Made by a program: the position numbers and the translations under genes. Below, in pieces: positions 1 through 8,619 of a stretch of DNA of 30,433 nt. The notes under the pieces were generated by a model. That model had not been told where the DNA came from and did not search any database. It saw only the letters and a program-made list of their open reading frames with translations. Every line of letters begins with the position of its first letter. Within the stretch, counting starts at the first letter, position 1. Origin of the DNA: Eubacteriales bacterium (GTDB lineage Bacteria; Bacillota; Clostridia; Lachnospirales; DSM-24629); NCBI GenBank assembly GCA_046546235.1, contig JBKGYG010000014.1, positions 1 to 30,433 on the forward strand. Reading direction: 5' to 3'.

Positions 1-52
1 GACTGTAAATCTGTTGGCTCAGCCTTCGAAGGTTCGAATCCTTCTCCCTCCA
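1..52 (+). tRNA. tRNA-Tyr (anticodon GTA), 3' portion only; 5' end lies outside the window
   Basis: Anticodon loop ctGTAaa; long variable arm; T-arm gaagg-ttcgaat-ccttc; acceptor 3' strand tccctcc plus discriminator A; no encoded CCA. Confidence 0.6.
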
Positions 53-59
53 TTTTAAC

Positions 60-133
<74 letters not shown>

Positions 134-150
134 TATATATAGAATATATA

Positions 151-224
<74 letters not shown>

Positions 225-228
225 TTAT

Positions 229-302
229 GGGCCACTAGCTCAGTCGGCTAGAGCACTGGACTTTTAATCCAGGTGTCCCGGGTTCGAGTCCCGGGTGGCT
301 CA
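229..302 (+). tRNA. tRNA-Lys (TTT)
   Basis: Acceptor gggccac/gtggctc; anticodon loop ctTTTaa; T-arm cccgggttcgagtcccggg; followed by a T9 run. Confidence 0.8.
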
Positions 303-430
303 TTTTTTTTTGTTTTTTTTAAAAAAATCATGCAACTTTTCAACATTAATTTCATATATATAGAAATATATGAAAATTACACATATTGAAGTGTAAAATA
401 ATTTAACTTGTAATTTTTATAAAAAACAAC

Positions 431-459
431 TTGACAGATGCAAATATTTATCGTATAAT
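431..459 (+). promoter_or_regulatory. sigma-A type promoter
   Basis: TTGACA at 431-436, 17-nt spacer, TATAAT at 454-459. Confidence 0.45.
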
Positions 460-479
460 ATTATCATAATTTAAATTTC

Positions 480-529
480 GTAGACAATGAGGTCTACATA
501 TTCTATAAAAGAATATGTAGACCTTTTTT
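480..529 (+). terminator. Leader attenuator: intrinsic terminator with an overlapping alternative upstream hairpin
   Basis: The terminator is a 14-bp perfect stem (491-504 with 510-523) followed by T6. The alternative hairpin gtagac-aatgag-gtctac (480-497) uses the 5' arm of the terminator, so the two structures are mutually exclusive. Confidence 0.5.
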
Positions 530-744
530 GCTTTTATAAAGAAAATCATATTATTTGATAATTGATATTTAGAATATTTACTAATTCAACAAATGTAAAT
601 ATAAGTAGCTAAAAGTATTGTAAATAAAAATTAAACTTGCGCAAGTTTATTATAAATAAGGTTTCATAAGTAGTAATGGCAATACAGTAAGAATAACATT
701 ACCAAATGAAACAATCAAAAATATGTGGAAAGGGAGGCTTTTAA

Positions 745-1098
745 ATGGAAACTAAAAGAATTACTAAAATAGAAATCATAACAAGATCTAGTAAATTTGA
801 AGAATTAAAAGAAGAATTAAATAAAATTGGTATAAGTGGGATGACAGTTTCTCAAGTTCTAGGTTGTGGCTTACAAAAAGGTAAAACAGAATTTTATAGA
901 GGCACAGAATATAGTATGGATTTACTACCAAAAGTTAAAGTTGAAGTTATAGTTTGTGAAATACCAGTTGAAGAAGTTGTTTCAACAGCTAAGAAAGTAT
1001 TAAGAACTGGTGAAATAGGAGATGGAAAGATATTTATTTACCCTGTTGAGAATGTAATTAAGATTCGTACAGGGGAAGAAGGATTAAAAGCATTATAA
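745..1098 (+). CDS. glnB: Nitrogen regulatory protein P-II (GlnB/GlnK family)
   Basis: 117 aa; trimeric P-II fold signature; T-loop RGTEYSMD with the conserved Tyr; RBS aagggagg upstream; immediately upstream of amtB. Confidence 0.85.
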   Translation: METKRITKIEIITRSSKFEELKEELNKIGISGMTVSQVLGCGLQKGKTEFYRGTEYSMDLLPKVKVEVIVCEIPVEEVVSTAKKVLRTGEIGDGKIFIYPVENVIKIRTGEEGLKAL

Positions 1099-1112
1099 AA
1101 GGAGGAATTATT

Positions 1113-2366
1113 ATGTCAATTAATGATATTATTTATTCAATAGATACAGTATGGGTACTATTTGCTGCAACTTTAGTATTCTTTATGCAAGCAGGTTTTG
1201 CAATGGTGGAAACAGGATTTACCCGTTCAAAAAATGCAGGTAACATTATAATGAAAAACCTTATGGATTTTTCAGTTGGTTCAATTATGTATTGGTTTAT
1301 AGGTTTTGGTATTATGTTTGGAACAACTGTAGGTGGAGTTTTTGGTAAATTAGATTTTATGAGTATAGGTAATTATGATTTTTCAGTTCCTAAACCAGCA
1401 TTTTTAATATTCCAAACAGTTTTCGCAGCAACAGCTGCAACAATTGTGTCTGGTGCAATGGCTGAAAGAACAAAATTTGCATCATATTTAGTATATAGTT
1501 TTTTCATTACAACTTTTATTTATCCAATTGTAGGTCATTGGGTATGGGGTAGTGGTTGGTTAGGAGAACTAGGCTTTCATGATTTTGCAGGTTCAACTGT
1601 TGTTCATTCAGTTGGTGGATGGAGTGCTTTAATGGGTGCGGCTATTTTAGGACCACGTATTGGCAAATATACAAAAGAAGGTAAATCTAATGCTATACCG
1701 GGACATAGTTTAACATTAGGGGCATTAGGTGTATTTATTCTTTGGTTTGGATGGTTTGGATTTAATCCAGGTTCACAATTAGCTGCGTCAGGAGTAGAAA
1801 ATGCAAATGCAATAGGACATATATTTGTTACTACAAATTTAGCAGCAGCAACAGGGGCAATCGTTACAATGTTTATTACTTGGATTAAATACAAAAAACC
1901 TGACGTGTCAATGACTTTAAATGGAGCTTTAGGTGGTCTTGTTGGAATTACTGCAGGTACAGATGTTGTATCACCAGGTGGAGCATTTTTAATAGGTGTT
2001 ATAGCAGGTTTTGTAATAGTATATGGTATTGAATTTGTTGATAAGGTATTAAAAATAGACGATCCTGTTGGAGCTGTAGGAGTTCATGGCCTTTGTGGAG
2101 CAATGGGAACAGTTGCTGTTGGATTGTTTTCTACAAGTGATGGTCTGTTCTATGGCGGTGGCGTTAGTGCATTAGGAGTCCAAGCGCTAGGTGTAGTAGC
2201 AGTTGCCGGATGGGTATTTGTAACAACATTTATTTTATTTAAATTAGTAGATAAAGTTATTGGATTAAGAGTAAGTAAAAATGAAGAACATAAAGGTTTA
2301 GATATTGAAGAACATGGGACAGAAAGTTATGCTGATTTTGAAATCAAATCAATTCAAATACATTAA
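1113..2366 (+). CDS. amtB: Ammonium transporter AmtB
   Basis: 417 aa polytopic membrane protein with Amt/MEP family motifs; RBS aaggagg upstream; tightly linked to the P-II gene. Confidence 0.9.
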   Translation: MSINDIIYSIDTVWVLFAATLVFFMQAGFAMVETGFTRSKNAGNIIMKNLMDFSVGSIMYWFIGFGIMFGTTVGGVFGKLDFMSIGNYDFSVPKPAFLIFQTVFAATAATIVSGAMAERTKFASYLVYSFFITTFIYPIVGHWVWGSGWLGELGFHDFAGSTVVHSVGGWSALMGAAILGPRIGKYTKEGKSNAIPGHSLTLGALGVFILWFGWFGFNPGSQLAASGVENANAIGHIFVTTNLAAATGAIVTMFITWIKYKKPDVSMTLNGALGGLVGITAGTDVVSPGGAFLIGVIAGFVIVYGIEFVDKVLKIDDPVGAVGVHGLCGAMGTVAVGLFSTSDGLFYGGGVSALGVQALGVVAVAGWVFVTTFILFKLVDKVIGLRVSKNEEHKGLDIEEHGTESYADFEIKSIQIH

Positions 2367-2398
2367 AAACATGACTAAATATATAATAAATAAAATAA

Positions 2399-2448
2399 AC
2401 AGTCCTTATCTAATTTTTCGTATAGATAAGGACTGTTGTTATTTTATT
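2399..2448 (+). terminator. rho-independent terminator after amtB
   Basis: 14-bp perfect stem acagtccttatcta/tagataaggactgt followed by a T-rich tail. Confidence 0.7.
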
Positions 2449-2778
2449 TATTAGGAAAGTGATACTTTTCAGACAATTGGTATTTAGAACATGTACCAAT
2501 TGTACAACACACCAGTTTATAGTAAGGGCGTATCACGATGCGCCCATTTTCAGTTAAGAGTATTCAATCAGCTGGGACAAATCGCGTTGCGAACATGGCG
2601 AAGCCGCCTTTGTTCAAGCAAAGTAGTTTAGATAATTGGTACTTAGCAGCAATTTATCAAATTTAATTAGATAAGATCATTAGAAAAGCAGGAACATATG
2701 ACTAGAAAATAAAAAAGACTAGTCGAAAAGAAAAGAGTTAAGTATAATAAAGATAATAGAATATAAAGGAGCTTTATA

Positions 2779-4215
2779 ATGAAAGGATCTTTATACAATG
2801 AATTGATAAAAAACAAGCAGAAAAATTCAATCTCTTTTCATATGCCAGGAGATAAATATGGAAGATTATTTAATATGGATAATTTGGCAGCACTTGATGT
2901 AACTGAATTAGAAGGATTAGATAATCTGCATGCTCCTTCTGGAATTATATTAGAAGCACAAGAACGAGCTTCCAAATTATATCAAAGTTATAAGAGTTTC
3001 TTTTTAGTAAATGGTAGCACAGTAGGCATATTAGCATCTATAATAGGGCTAACAAACAAAGGTGATAAAATTTTAATGACGAGAAATTCACATAAATCAG
3101 TTTATAATGCAGTAATGTTAAATGAATTAAATCCAATTTATGTATATCCAGATATAATTAATGAATACTCTTGCGCTAATGGAATTAGTGCGAAAGCTAT
3201 AGAAGAAAAGTTGGTATTAAATAATAATATAAAAGTAGTCGTTGTTACATCTCCTACATATGAAGGGATAATGTCTAATATTAAAGAAATTTCAAAAGTA
3301 ACAAGGAAGTATGATATCCCTCTAATAGTAGATGAAGCCCATGGTGCACATCTAAAATTCCATTCATATTTTCCAGAGAGTGCATTGGATCAGGGTGGGG
3401 ATATAGTTATACATAGTTTACATAAAACACTACCAGCATTAACTCAAACAGGATTACTACATATAAATAGTGATAAAATTAATGATTATAAAATCAAACA
3501 ACTTTTAAGCACATTTCAATCAAGCAGTCCATCTTATATTTTAATGGCAAGTATGGATTATTGTCTAGGTTTAATAAATGATAAAGGTAAAGAGTTATTT
3601 CATAATTATATACAACAGTTAGAATATTATACGCAGGTACTAAGAGAAAAGTTATTAAAGATTAAAATAATGAATAGAAACATTATTAAAAACAAGTATG
3701 GATTTGATATAGACCCTAGTAAATTATTGTTTTATTGCGGAGAAACTAATATAACAGGCAATGTATTAGTTAAGAAATTAAGAGAAAAATATAATATACA
3801 ACTAGAATTATCCAATATTTTATATGGGTTAGGTATGACTAGTATTAGTAATATAGAAGATGACTATAAAGCATTAGTTAAATCTTTAAAAGATATTGAC
3901 TCTAAAATTAAGAAAAAAGAGAAATCAGCCGATAAATATGATAAGATATTATTAGAGCAAGCTTTATTACCTCATAAAGCAATAAATAAAAAAACAAGAA
4001 AGATATCTATAATTGATTGTGAAAATTGTATTGCAGGAGAGTACATTATTCCATATCCACCAGGGATACCTCTAGTTGTTCCTGGAGAAATTATAACAAA
4101 AGATACTATTGAATGTTTATTTGAATATAAAAAACATAATATGTCAATTATTGGGTTATCTGATTTATCATTAGAAAAAATAAATATTATTGAAGAGGTG
4201 ACATATGCAAGGTAA
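2779..4215 (+). CDS. PLP-dependent Orn/Lys/Arg decarboxylase family 1 protein (YaaO-like)
   Basis: 478 aa with the PLP-lysine motif S-L-H-K; overlaps tmk by 11 nt, as yaaO does with tmk in Bacillus. Confidence 0.8.
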   Translation: MKGSLYNELIKNKQKNSISFHMPGDKYGRLFNMDNLAALDVTELEGLDNLHAPSGIILEAQERASKLYQSYKSFFLVNGSTVGILASIIGLTNKGDKILMTRNSHKSVYNAVMLNELNPIYVYPDIINEYSCANGISAKAIEEKLVLNNNIKVVVVTSPTYEGIMSNIKEISKVTRKYDIPLIVDEAHGAHLKFHSYFPESALDQGGDIVIHSLHKTLPALTQTGLLHINSDKINDYKIKQLLSTFQSSSPSYILMASMDYCLGLINDKGKELFHNYIQQLEYYTQVLREKLLKIKIMNRNIIKNKYGFDIDPSKLLFYCGETNITGNVLVKKLREKYNIQLELSNILYGLGMTSISNIEDDYKALVKSLKDIDSKIKKKEKSADKYDKILLEQALLPHKAINKKTRKISIIDCENCIAGEYIIPYPPGIPLVVPGEIITKDTIECLFEYKKHNMSIIGLSDLSLEKINIIEEVTYAR

Positions 4216-4825
4216 ATTTATTACATTTGAAGGATCTGACGGGTCAGGTAAAACTACTCAAATAGAATTAGTTAAAACTTATTTTGAGTCAAAAAAAATA
4301 GATTATATTTTTACTAGGGAACCAGGAGGAACGGTTATTGGTGAAACTATTAGAGAAATAATTTTAGATAAAAAACATATGGAGATGTCAGAAAAAACTG
4401 AAGCATTATTATACGCAGCATCTAGAGCTCAACATGTTAAAGAGCTTATAAAACCAGCTCTTGCAAAGGGTAAAGTTGTATTGTGTGATAGATTTGTTGA
4501 TTCTTCTATAATATATCAAGGAATGGGAAGAGGATTAGGAGAGGAAGTAATCAGTAGAATTAATGAGTGGGCAACTGGAGGATTAAAACCAGATTTAACA
4601 GTTTTATTAGATTTAGATCATAAAATTGGATTAACAAGAAAAAAATCACAAAAAGTATTAGATAGATTAGAATTACAAAAAAGTGAATTTCATAATATAG
4701 TAGTAGAAGGGTATAAGAATCTAGCTGAAAAAAATAAAGATAGAATTGTAGCTATAAACGCTTCATTAAAAATAGAAGATATACACAAAACTATTATTAA
4801 AGCTATTTCCAAAGTTTTATATTAA
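4205..4825 (+). CDS. tmk: Thymidylate kinase
   Basis: 206 aa; P-loop GSDGSGKTT; DRF motif. Confidence 0.9.
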   Translation: MQGKFITFEGSDGSGKTTQIELVKTYFESKKIDYIFTREPGGTVIGETIREIILDKKHMEMSEKTEALLYAASRAQHVKELIKPALAKGKVVLCDRFVDSSIIYQGMGRGLGEEVISRINEWATGGLKPDLTVLLDLDHKIGLTRKKSQKVLDRLELQKSEFHNIVVEGYKNLAEKNKDRIVAINASLKIEDIHKTIIKAISKVLY

Positions 4826-4942
4826 CTTGCCCATGTACCGCCAAGTACGGGCGGCACGCAAGTTGCAATGAAGAGGTCAATTTCAAATCCTTGCGAGCAA
4901 GTTTGCAATTAAGTATATTTTATTAGTTTGGAGGGTATTTGT

Positions 4943-5272
4943 ATGAAATTGGTATTAACAGTTATTCATGATGAAGATTCACATAAGTTAATGGACAAAT
5001 TGACTGAGGAAGGGTATATGGCCACAAAATTGGCTAGTACAGGAGGATTATTAAGAACAGGAAATACAACATTGTTTGTTGGAGTTGATAAAGAAAAGGT
5101 AGATAATGTTATTGATATTATTAAATCAATTTGTAAAACAACAAAACAAATAACTTTACTTAATCAACCAATGACAAGTATTCCAGAAGGGTTTGTTTCC
5201 TATCCAATAGAAGTAACTGTTGGAGGGGCTACAATATTTGTAGTAGATGTGGATAAGTACCTTAAAATTTAG
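4943..5272 (+). CDS. darA: c-di-AMP receptor DarA (PII-like, YaaQ family)
   Basis: MKLVLTVIHDEDSHKL...TKLASTGGLLRTGNTTLFVGV aligns with B. subtilis DarA. Start placed at the internal ATG 4943, preceded by GGAGG at 4930. Confidence 0.75.
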   Translation: MKLVLTVIHDEDSHKLMDKLTEEGYMATKLASTGGLLRTGNTTLFVGVDKEKVDNVIDIIKSICKTTKQITLLNQPMTSIPEGFVSYPIEVTVGGATIFVVDVDKYLKI

Positions 5273-5287
5273 GGGAGGGTGTAGCTA

Positions 5288-5731
5288 ATGGATGTTAAAG
5301 TTAATAATATTCAATCGATGAATATGCAGAGTATCAAAAATACGGATTCCCCTAATATAGGTAAACCTTTTAAGTTTACACTAATGAGCAAAATAGAAGA
5401 AAGCGAATTAAAAAATCGCCTAAAACACCTTGTTGATGAAATAAATGTTCAAGGCGATAAAATTGCAAAACATATGGATATAAAGGATATGAAGAAATAT
5501 CGGGAGCTAATAAAAGATTTTATGAATGAAGTATTAACTAGGTCGCATAAGTTTTCAAGAGAAAATTTCTTAGATCGAAGAGGCCGACATCGAGTTTATG
5601 GTATTGTAAAGCTTGTGGATAAAAATTTAGATGAATTAGCTAATGAACTTATAAAAGAAGAAAAAAACAATATTAATATTTTAAATAAAGTAGATGAAAT
5701 AAGAGGATTATTATTAGATGTTATAACGTAA
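5288..5731 (+). CDS. DUF327 protein (YaaR-like)
   Basis: 147 aa; conserved position between darA and holB. Confidence 0.6.
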   Translation: MDVKVNNIQSMNMQSIKNTDSPNIGKPFKFTLMSKIEESELKNRLKHLVDEINVQGDKIAKHMDIKDMKKYRELIKDFMNEVLTRSHKFSRENFLDRRGRHRVYGIVKLVDKNLDELANELIKEEKNNINILNKVDEIRGLLLDVIT

Positions 5732-5967
5732 TATTAAAGTTTCAATGAAATATAAAAATTATAATTACTTAATATCTCCAAGTATTATGAAAAAGTGATA
5801 TAGTAAATTTATACTTACCTTACTCCTAAAGGAATGGTTTGCATAAATCTACTATATCACTTTTTTTGATTTGGATAGGTAATATAAATAGTTTTTCTTT
5901 ACTTTTTAGGACAAATTGTTATAGAATAAAGGTAGTACCGAGTATAAATAAATATAAGGATGATAAA

Positions 5968-6957
5968 ATGAATAGATTTGAAAAAATTATTGGGCATAAT
6001 AATATAAAAGAGCATTTTAAAAGTTCTATAAAACTTGGGAAAATATCACATGCTTATATTATAAATGGTGAGCAAGGAATGGGTAAAAAATTATTAGCTA
6101 ATACTTTTGCAAAAACTCTTCAGTGTTTAGAAAAAAAGGACGAACCCTGTGGCAAATGCACTTCATGTCAGTTATTTAATACTTCTAATCATCCAGATAT
6201 AAAATATGTTGAGTCTTCAAAAGTTAAAAGCATAGGTGTAGATGATATTAGGAAGCAACTCAATCAAGACATATATATAAAACCTTATAGATTTTCTTAT
6301 AAAATCTATATAATTGATGAGGCTGAAAAATTAACTGAACAAGCTCAAAATGCTATGTTAAAAACAATAGAAGAACCTCCAAAGTATGCTATAATTATTT
6401 TGTTGACAAATAATAGTAATAAATTGCTTTCAACGATAATTTCAAGATGTGTGATATTAAACTTAAAACCATTAGCACATAATCTAGTCAAAGAATACTT
6501 ATTAACCCATATGGGAATTAGTAAAGAGAAAGTTGGTTTATATGTTGCATTTTCTCAAGGTTCCATAGGTCGAGCTATAAATATTATCGAATCTACTGAA
6601 TTTGTAGATATGATGAGCACTTGTATAAGTTTACTAAAAGAAATACCTAGTTTACAGGACATTGATTTGCTAAACAGAGTTAGCCAGTTAGAGGTTTATA
6701 AAGATACAATACAAGAGGTACTTGAATTAATGGTTATATGGTATCGGGATATGCTAATCGTTAAAAGTACACATAGTGATAAAGGGATAATATTAAAAAA
6801 TGAATTTGATTCTTTATTGGAAAATTCCCATAAAATGTCTTATAATAAAATAGGTAAAAATATTAATTATATAGAAAAAACAAAACAGCAGATATCTTAT
6901 AATGTGAATTTCCAATTGAGTTTAGAAACACTGTTGTTAAAGATAAAGGAGAGTTAA
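5968..6957 (+). CDS. holB: DNA polymerase III delta-prime subunit
   Basis: AAA+ clamp-loader fold; zinc module CGKCTSC; IDEAEKL motif. Start moved to ATG 5968 (RBS aaggatga); the longer ORF-track start would read through an upstream hairpin. Confidence 0.8.
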   Translation: MNRFEKIIGHNNIKEHFKSSIKLGKISHAYIINGEQGMGKKLLANTFAKTLQCLEKKDEPCGKCTSCQLFNTSNHPDIKYVESSKVKSIGVDDIRKQLNQDIYIKPYRFSYKIYIIDEAEKLTEQAQNAMLKTIEEPPKYAIIILLTNNSNKLLSTIISRCVILNLKPLAHNLVKEYLLTHMGISKEKVGLYVAFSQGSIGRAINIIESTEFVDMMSTCISLLKEIPSLQDIDLLNRVSQLEVYKDTIQEVLELMVIWYRDMLIVKSTHSDKGIILKNEFDSLLENSHKMSYNKIGKNINYIEKTKQQISYNVNFQLSLETLLLKIKES

Positions 6958-6958
6958 T

Positions 6959-7840
6959 ATGATAACTGTAATAGGAGTTAGATTTAGAAAGGCAGGAAAA
7001 GTATATTATTTTGATCCTGATGAAATAACAATAAATGAAGGAGATAAAGTAATTGTTGAGACGGCAAGAGGAGTTGAATTTGGAAATGTTGTAATTGGAC
7101 CAAAAGAAGTAAAAGAAGAAGAAGTTGTTCAGCCGTTAAAACAGGTAATAAGAATAGCAACTGAAGAAGATATAAAAAGAGAGGAAATAAATAAAGAAAA
7201 AGAAAAGGAAGCATTTAATATATGTCTTGAAAAAATAAATAAACATGGTTTAGAGATGAAACTTATTGATTCGGAATACACATTTGATAATAATAAAGTA
7301 TTGTTTTACTTTACTGCAGATGGAAGAATAGATTTTAGAGAGTTAGTTAAAGATTTAGCTGCAGTATTTAAGACAAGAATAGAACTTAGACAGATTGGTG
7401 TTAGAGATGAGACTAAAATGATTAATAGTATAGGCATATGTGGAAGACCCTTATGTTGTAGTACACATTTATGTGAGTTTCACCCAGTGTCTATAAAAAT
7501 GGCTAAAGAACAAAATCTTTCTTTAAATCCATCTAAGATATCTGGCGTATGTGGAAGATTAATGTGTTGTTTAAAATATGAAGAAGAGACTTATGAAGAA
7601 ATTAATAGATTATTACCTGTAGTTGGTGAGATTGTAGAAACAGTAGATGGTTTAAAAGGAGAAGTATTAAGCATTAACGTTATTAGGCAATTAGTAAGAG
7701 TTCTTATAAGAAAAGAAGATGGGGACATAGAGATTATAGAATATAAATCTAAAGATTTAAAGTTTGATACAAAAAACAGAAAGAAGAATACAGATGTATC
7801 AGAAGAAGAAATGAAGGAATTAAAAGAAATAGAAGAATAA
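6959..7840 (+). CDS. ricT: RicT/YaaT (PSP1 C-terminal domain, stage 0 sporulation/RNA maturation complex)
   Basis: N-terminus MITVIGVRFRKAGKVYYFD; Cys clusters CGRPLCC and CGRLMCC; starts 2 nt after holB. Confidence 0.8.
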   Translation: MITVIGVRFRKAGKVYYFDPDEITINEGDKVIVETARGVEFGNVVIGPKEVKEEEVVQPLKQVIRIATEEDIKREEINKEKEKEAFNICLEKINKHGLEMKLIDSEYTFDNNKVLFYFTADGRIDFRELVKDLAAVFKTRIELRQIGVRDETKMINSIGICGRPLCCSTHLCEFHPVSIKMAKEQNLSLNPSKISGVCGRLMCCLKYEEETYEEINRLLPVVGEIVETVDGLKGEVLSINVIRQLVRVLIRKEDGDIEIIEYKSKDLKFDTKNRKKNTDVSEEEMKELKEIEE

Positions 7841-7866
7841 GTGAGAGGTAGGAATAAAAACATAAT

Positions 7867-8619
7867 ATGATTAATACAAAAGATGAAAGAGTTGATGAAC
7901 TTCATCGAAAAAATTATAAAATAATTCAAAACAAAGGAGGTTTTTGCTTTGGGATGGATGCTATATTGTTGACTGGATTTGTAAAAACAAATGTAAAAGG
8001 TAAAGCATTAGATTTAGGAACTGGTACTGGAATAATTCCTATTTTACTAGAGGCAAAAACTGATATATCTCATCACACAGGACTTGAAATACAAGAATAT
8101 TTTGTGGATATGGCATTAAGAAGTGTTGAATTAAACAGTTTAGAATCAAAGATAAATATTATTAAAGGTGATATAAAAGAAGCTGATAGTATTTTTCCTC
8201 TTTCCTCATTTGATATAATAACATCTAATCCTCCATATATGGTAAATAATAAGGGGTTGAAAAACTCTAATATGCCAAAAACAATTGCAAGGCATGAAGT
8301 GCTCTGCACATTAGAAGATATTATTAAGGCAGCGTCTAGGTTAGTAAAAGTAGGGGCAAGCTTTTATATGATTCACAGGCCAAATAGATTTGTAGAAATA
8401 ATATCTAAGTTAAAACAGTATCGGTTAGAACCAAAAAGAATTCGTTTTGTGCATCCATACCTACATAAACCACCTAATATGGTTTTGATAGAATCTGTTA
8501 GACAAGGTAAACCTATGTTAAATGTTGAAGCACCATTGATAGTGTATAAAGAAGCAGGACAGTATACTGATGAAATATACGATATATATGGAATAGAAAA
8601 AAATAAGGAGAAGATATGA
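7867..8619 (+). CDS. trmN6: tRNA (adenine37-N6)-methyltransferase-like SAM methyltransferase (YabB/TrmN6 family)
   Basis: SAM-binding motif DLGTGTG and N6-adenine MTase motif NPPY; syntenic with yabB. Confidence 0.65.
   Translation: MINTKDERVDELHRKNYKIIQNKGGFCFGMDAILLTGFVKTNVKGKALDLGTGTGIIPILLEAKTDISHHTGLEIQEYFVDMALRSVELNSLESKINIIKGDIKEADSIFPLSSFDIITSNPPYMVNNKGLKNSNMPKTIARHEVLCTLEDIIKAASRLVKVGASFYMIHRPNRFVEIISKLKQYRLEPKRIRFVHPYLHKPPNMVLIESVRQGKPMLNVEAPLIVYKEAGQYTDEIYDIYGIEKNKEKI

Noticed and set aside
560-745. GlnR/TnrA box (TGTNA-N7-TNACA) or sigma-54 promoter (TGGCAC-N5-TTGCA) upstream of glnB
   Set aside because: Several TGTAA-containing stretches exist but none gives the full 17-bp dyad. 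A TGGCA at ~675 is not followed by TTGC at the right spacing.
1604-1894. 96-aa antisense ORF inside amtB, and similar antisense or overlapping ORFs at 6984-7214, 7591-7929, 8073-8309, 10200-10397, 14478-14901, 16364-16555, 17090-17563, 20537-20725, 22176-22492, 25974-26279, 26408-26833, 28056-28444, 29186-29629
   Set aside because: All are embedded in or antisense to well-supported conserved genes, are low-complexity, and lack ribosome-binding sites. They are typical spurious frames in AT-rich DNA.
2449-2461. TTAGGAAAGTG 13-mer as a sigma-H promoter -35 element (also at 21484)
   Set aside because: The -35 resembles RNAGGAWWW, but the -10 candidates at the required 11-12 nt spacing (AGACAATTG and AGGATATAA) do not match RNNGAATWW well. 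It is kept only as part of the repeated-element observation.
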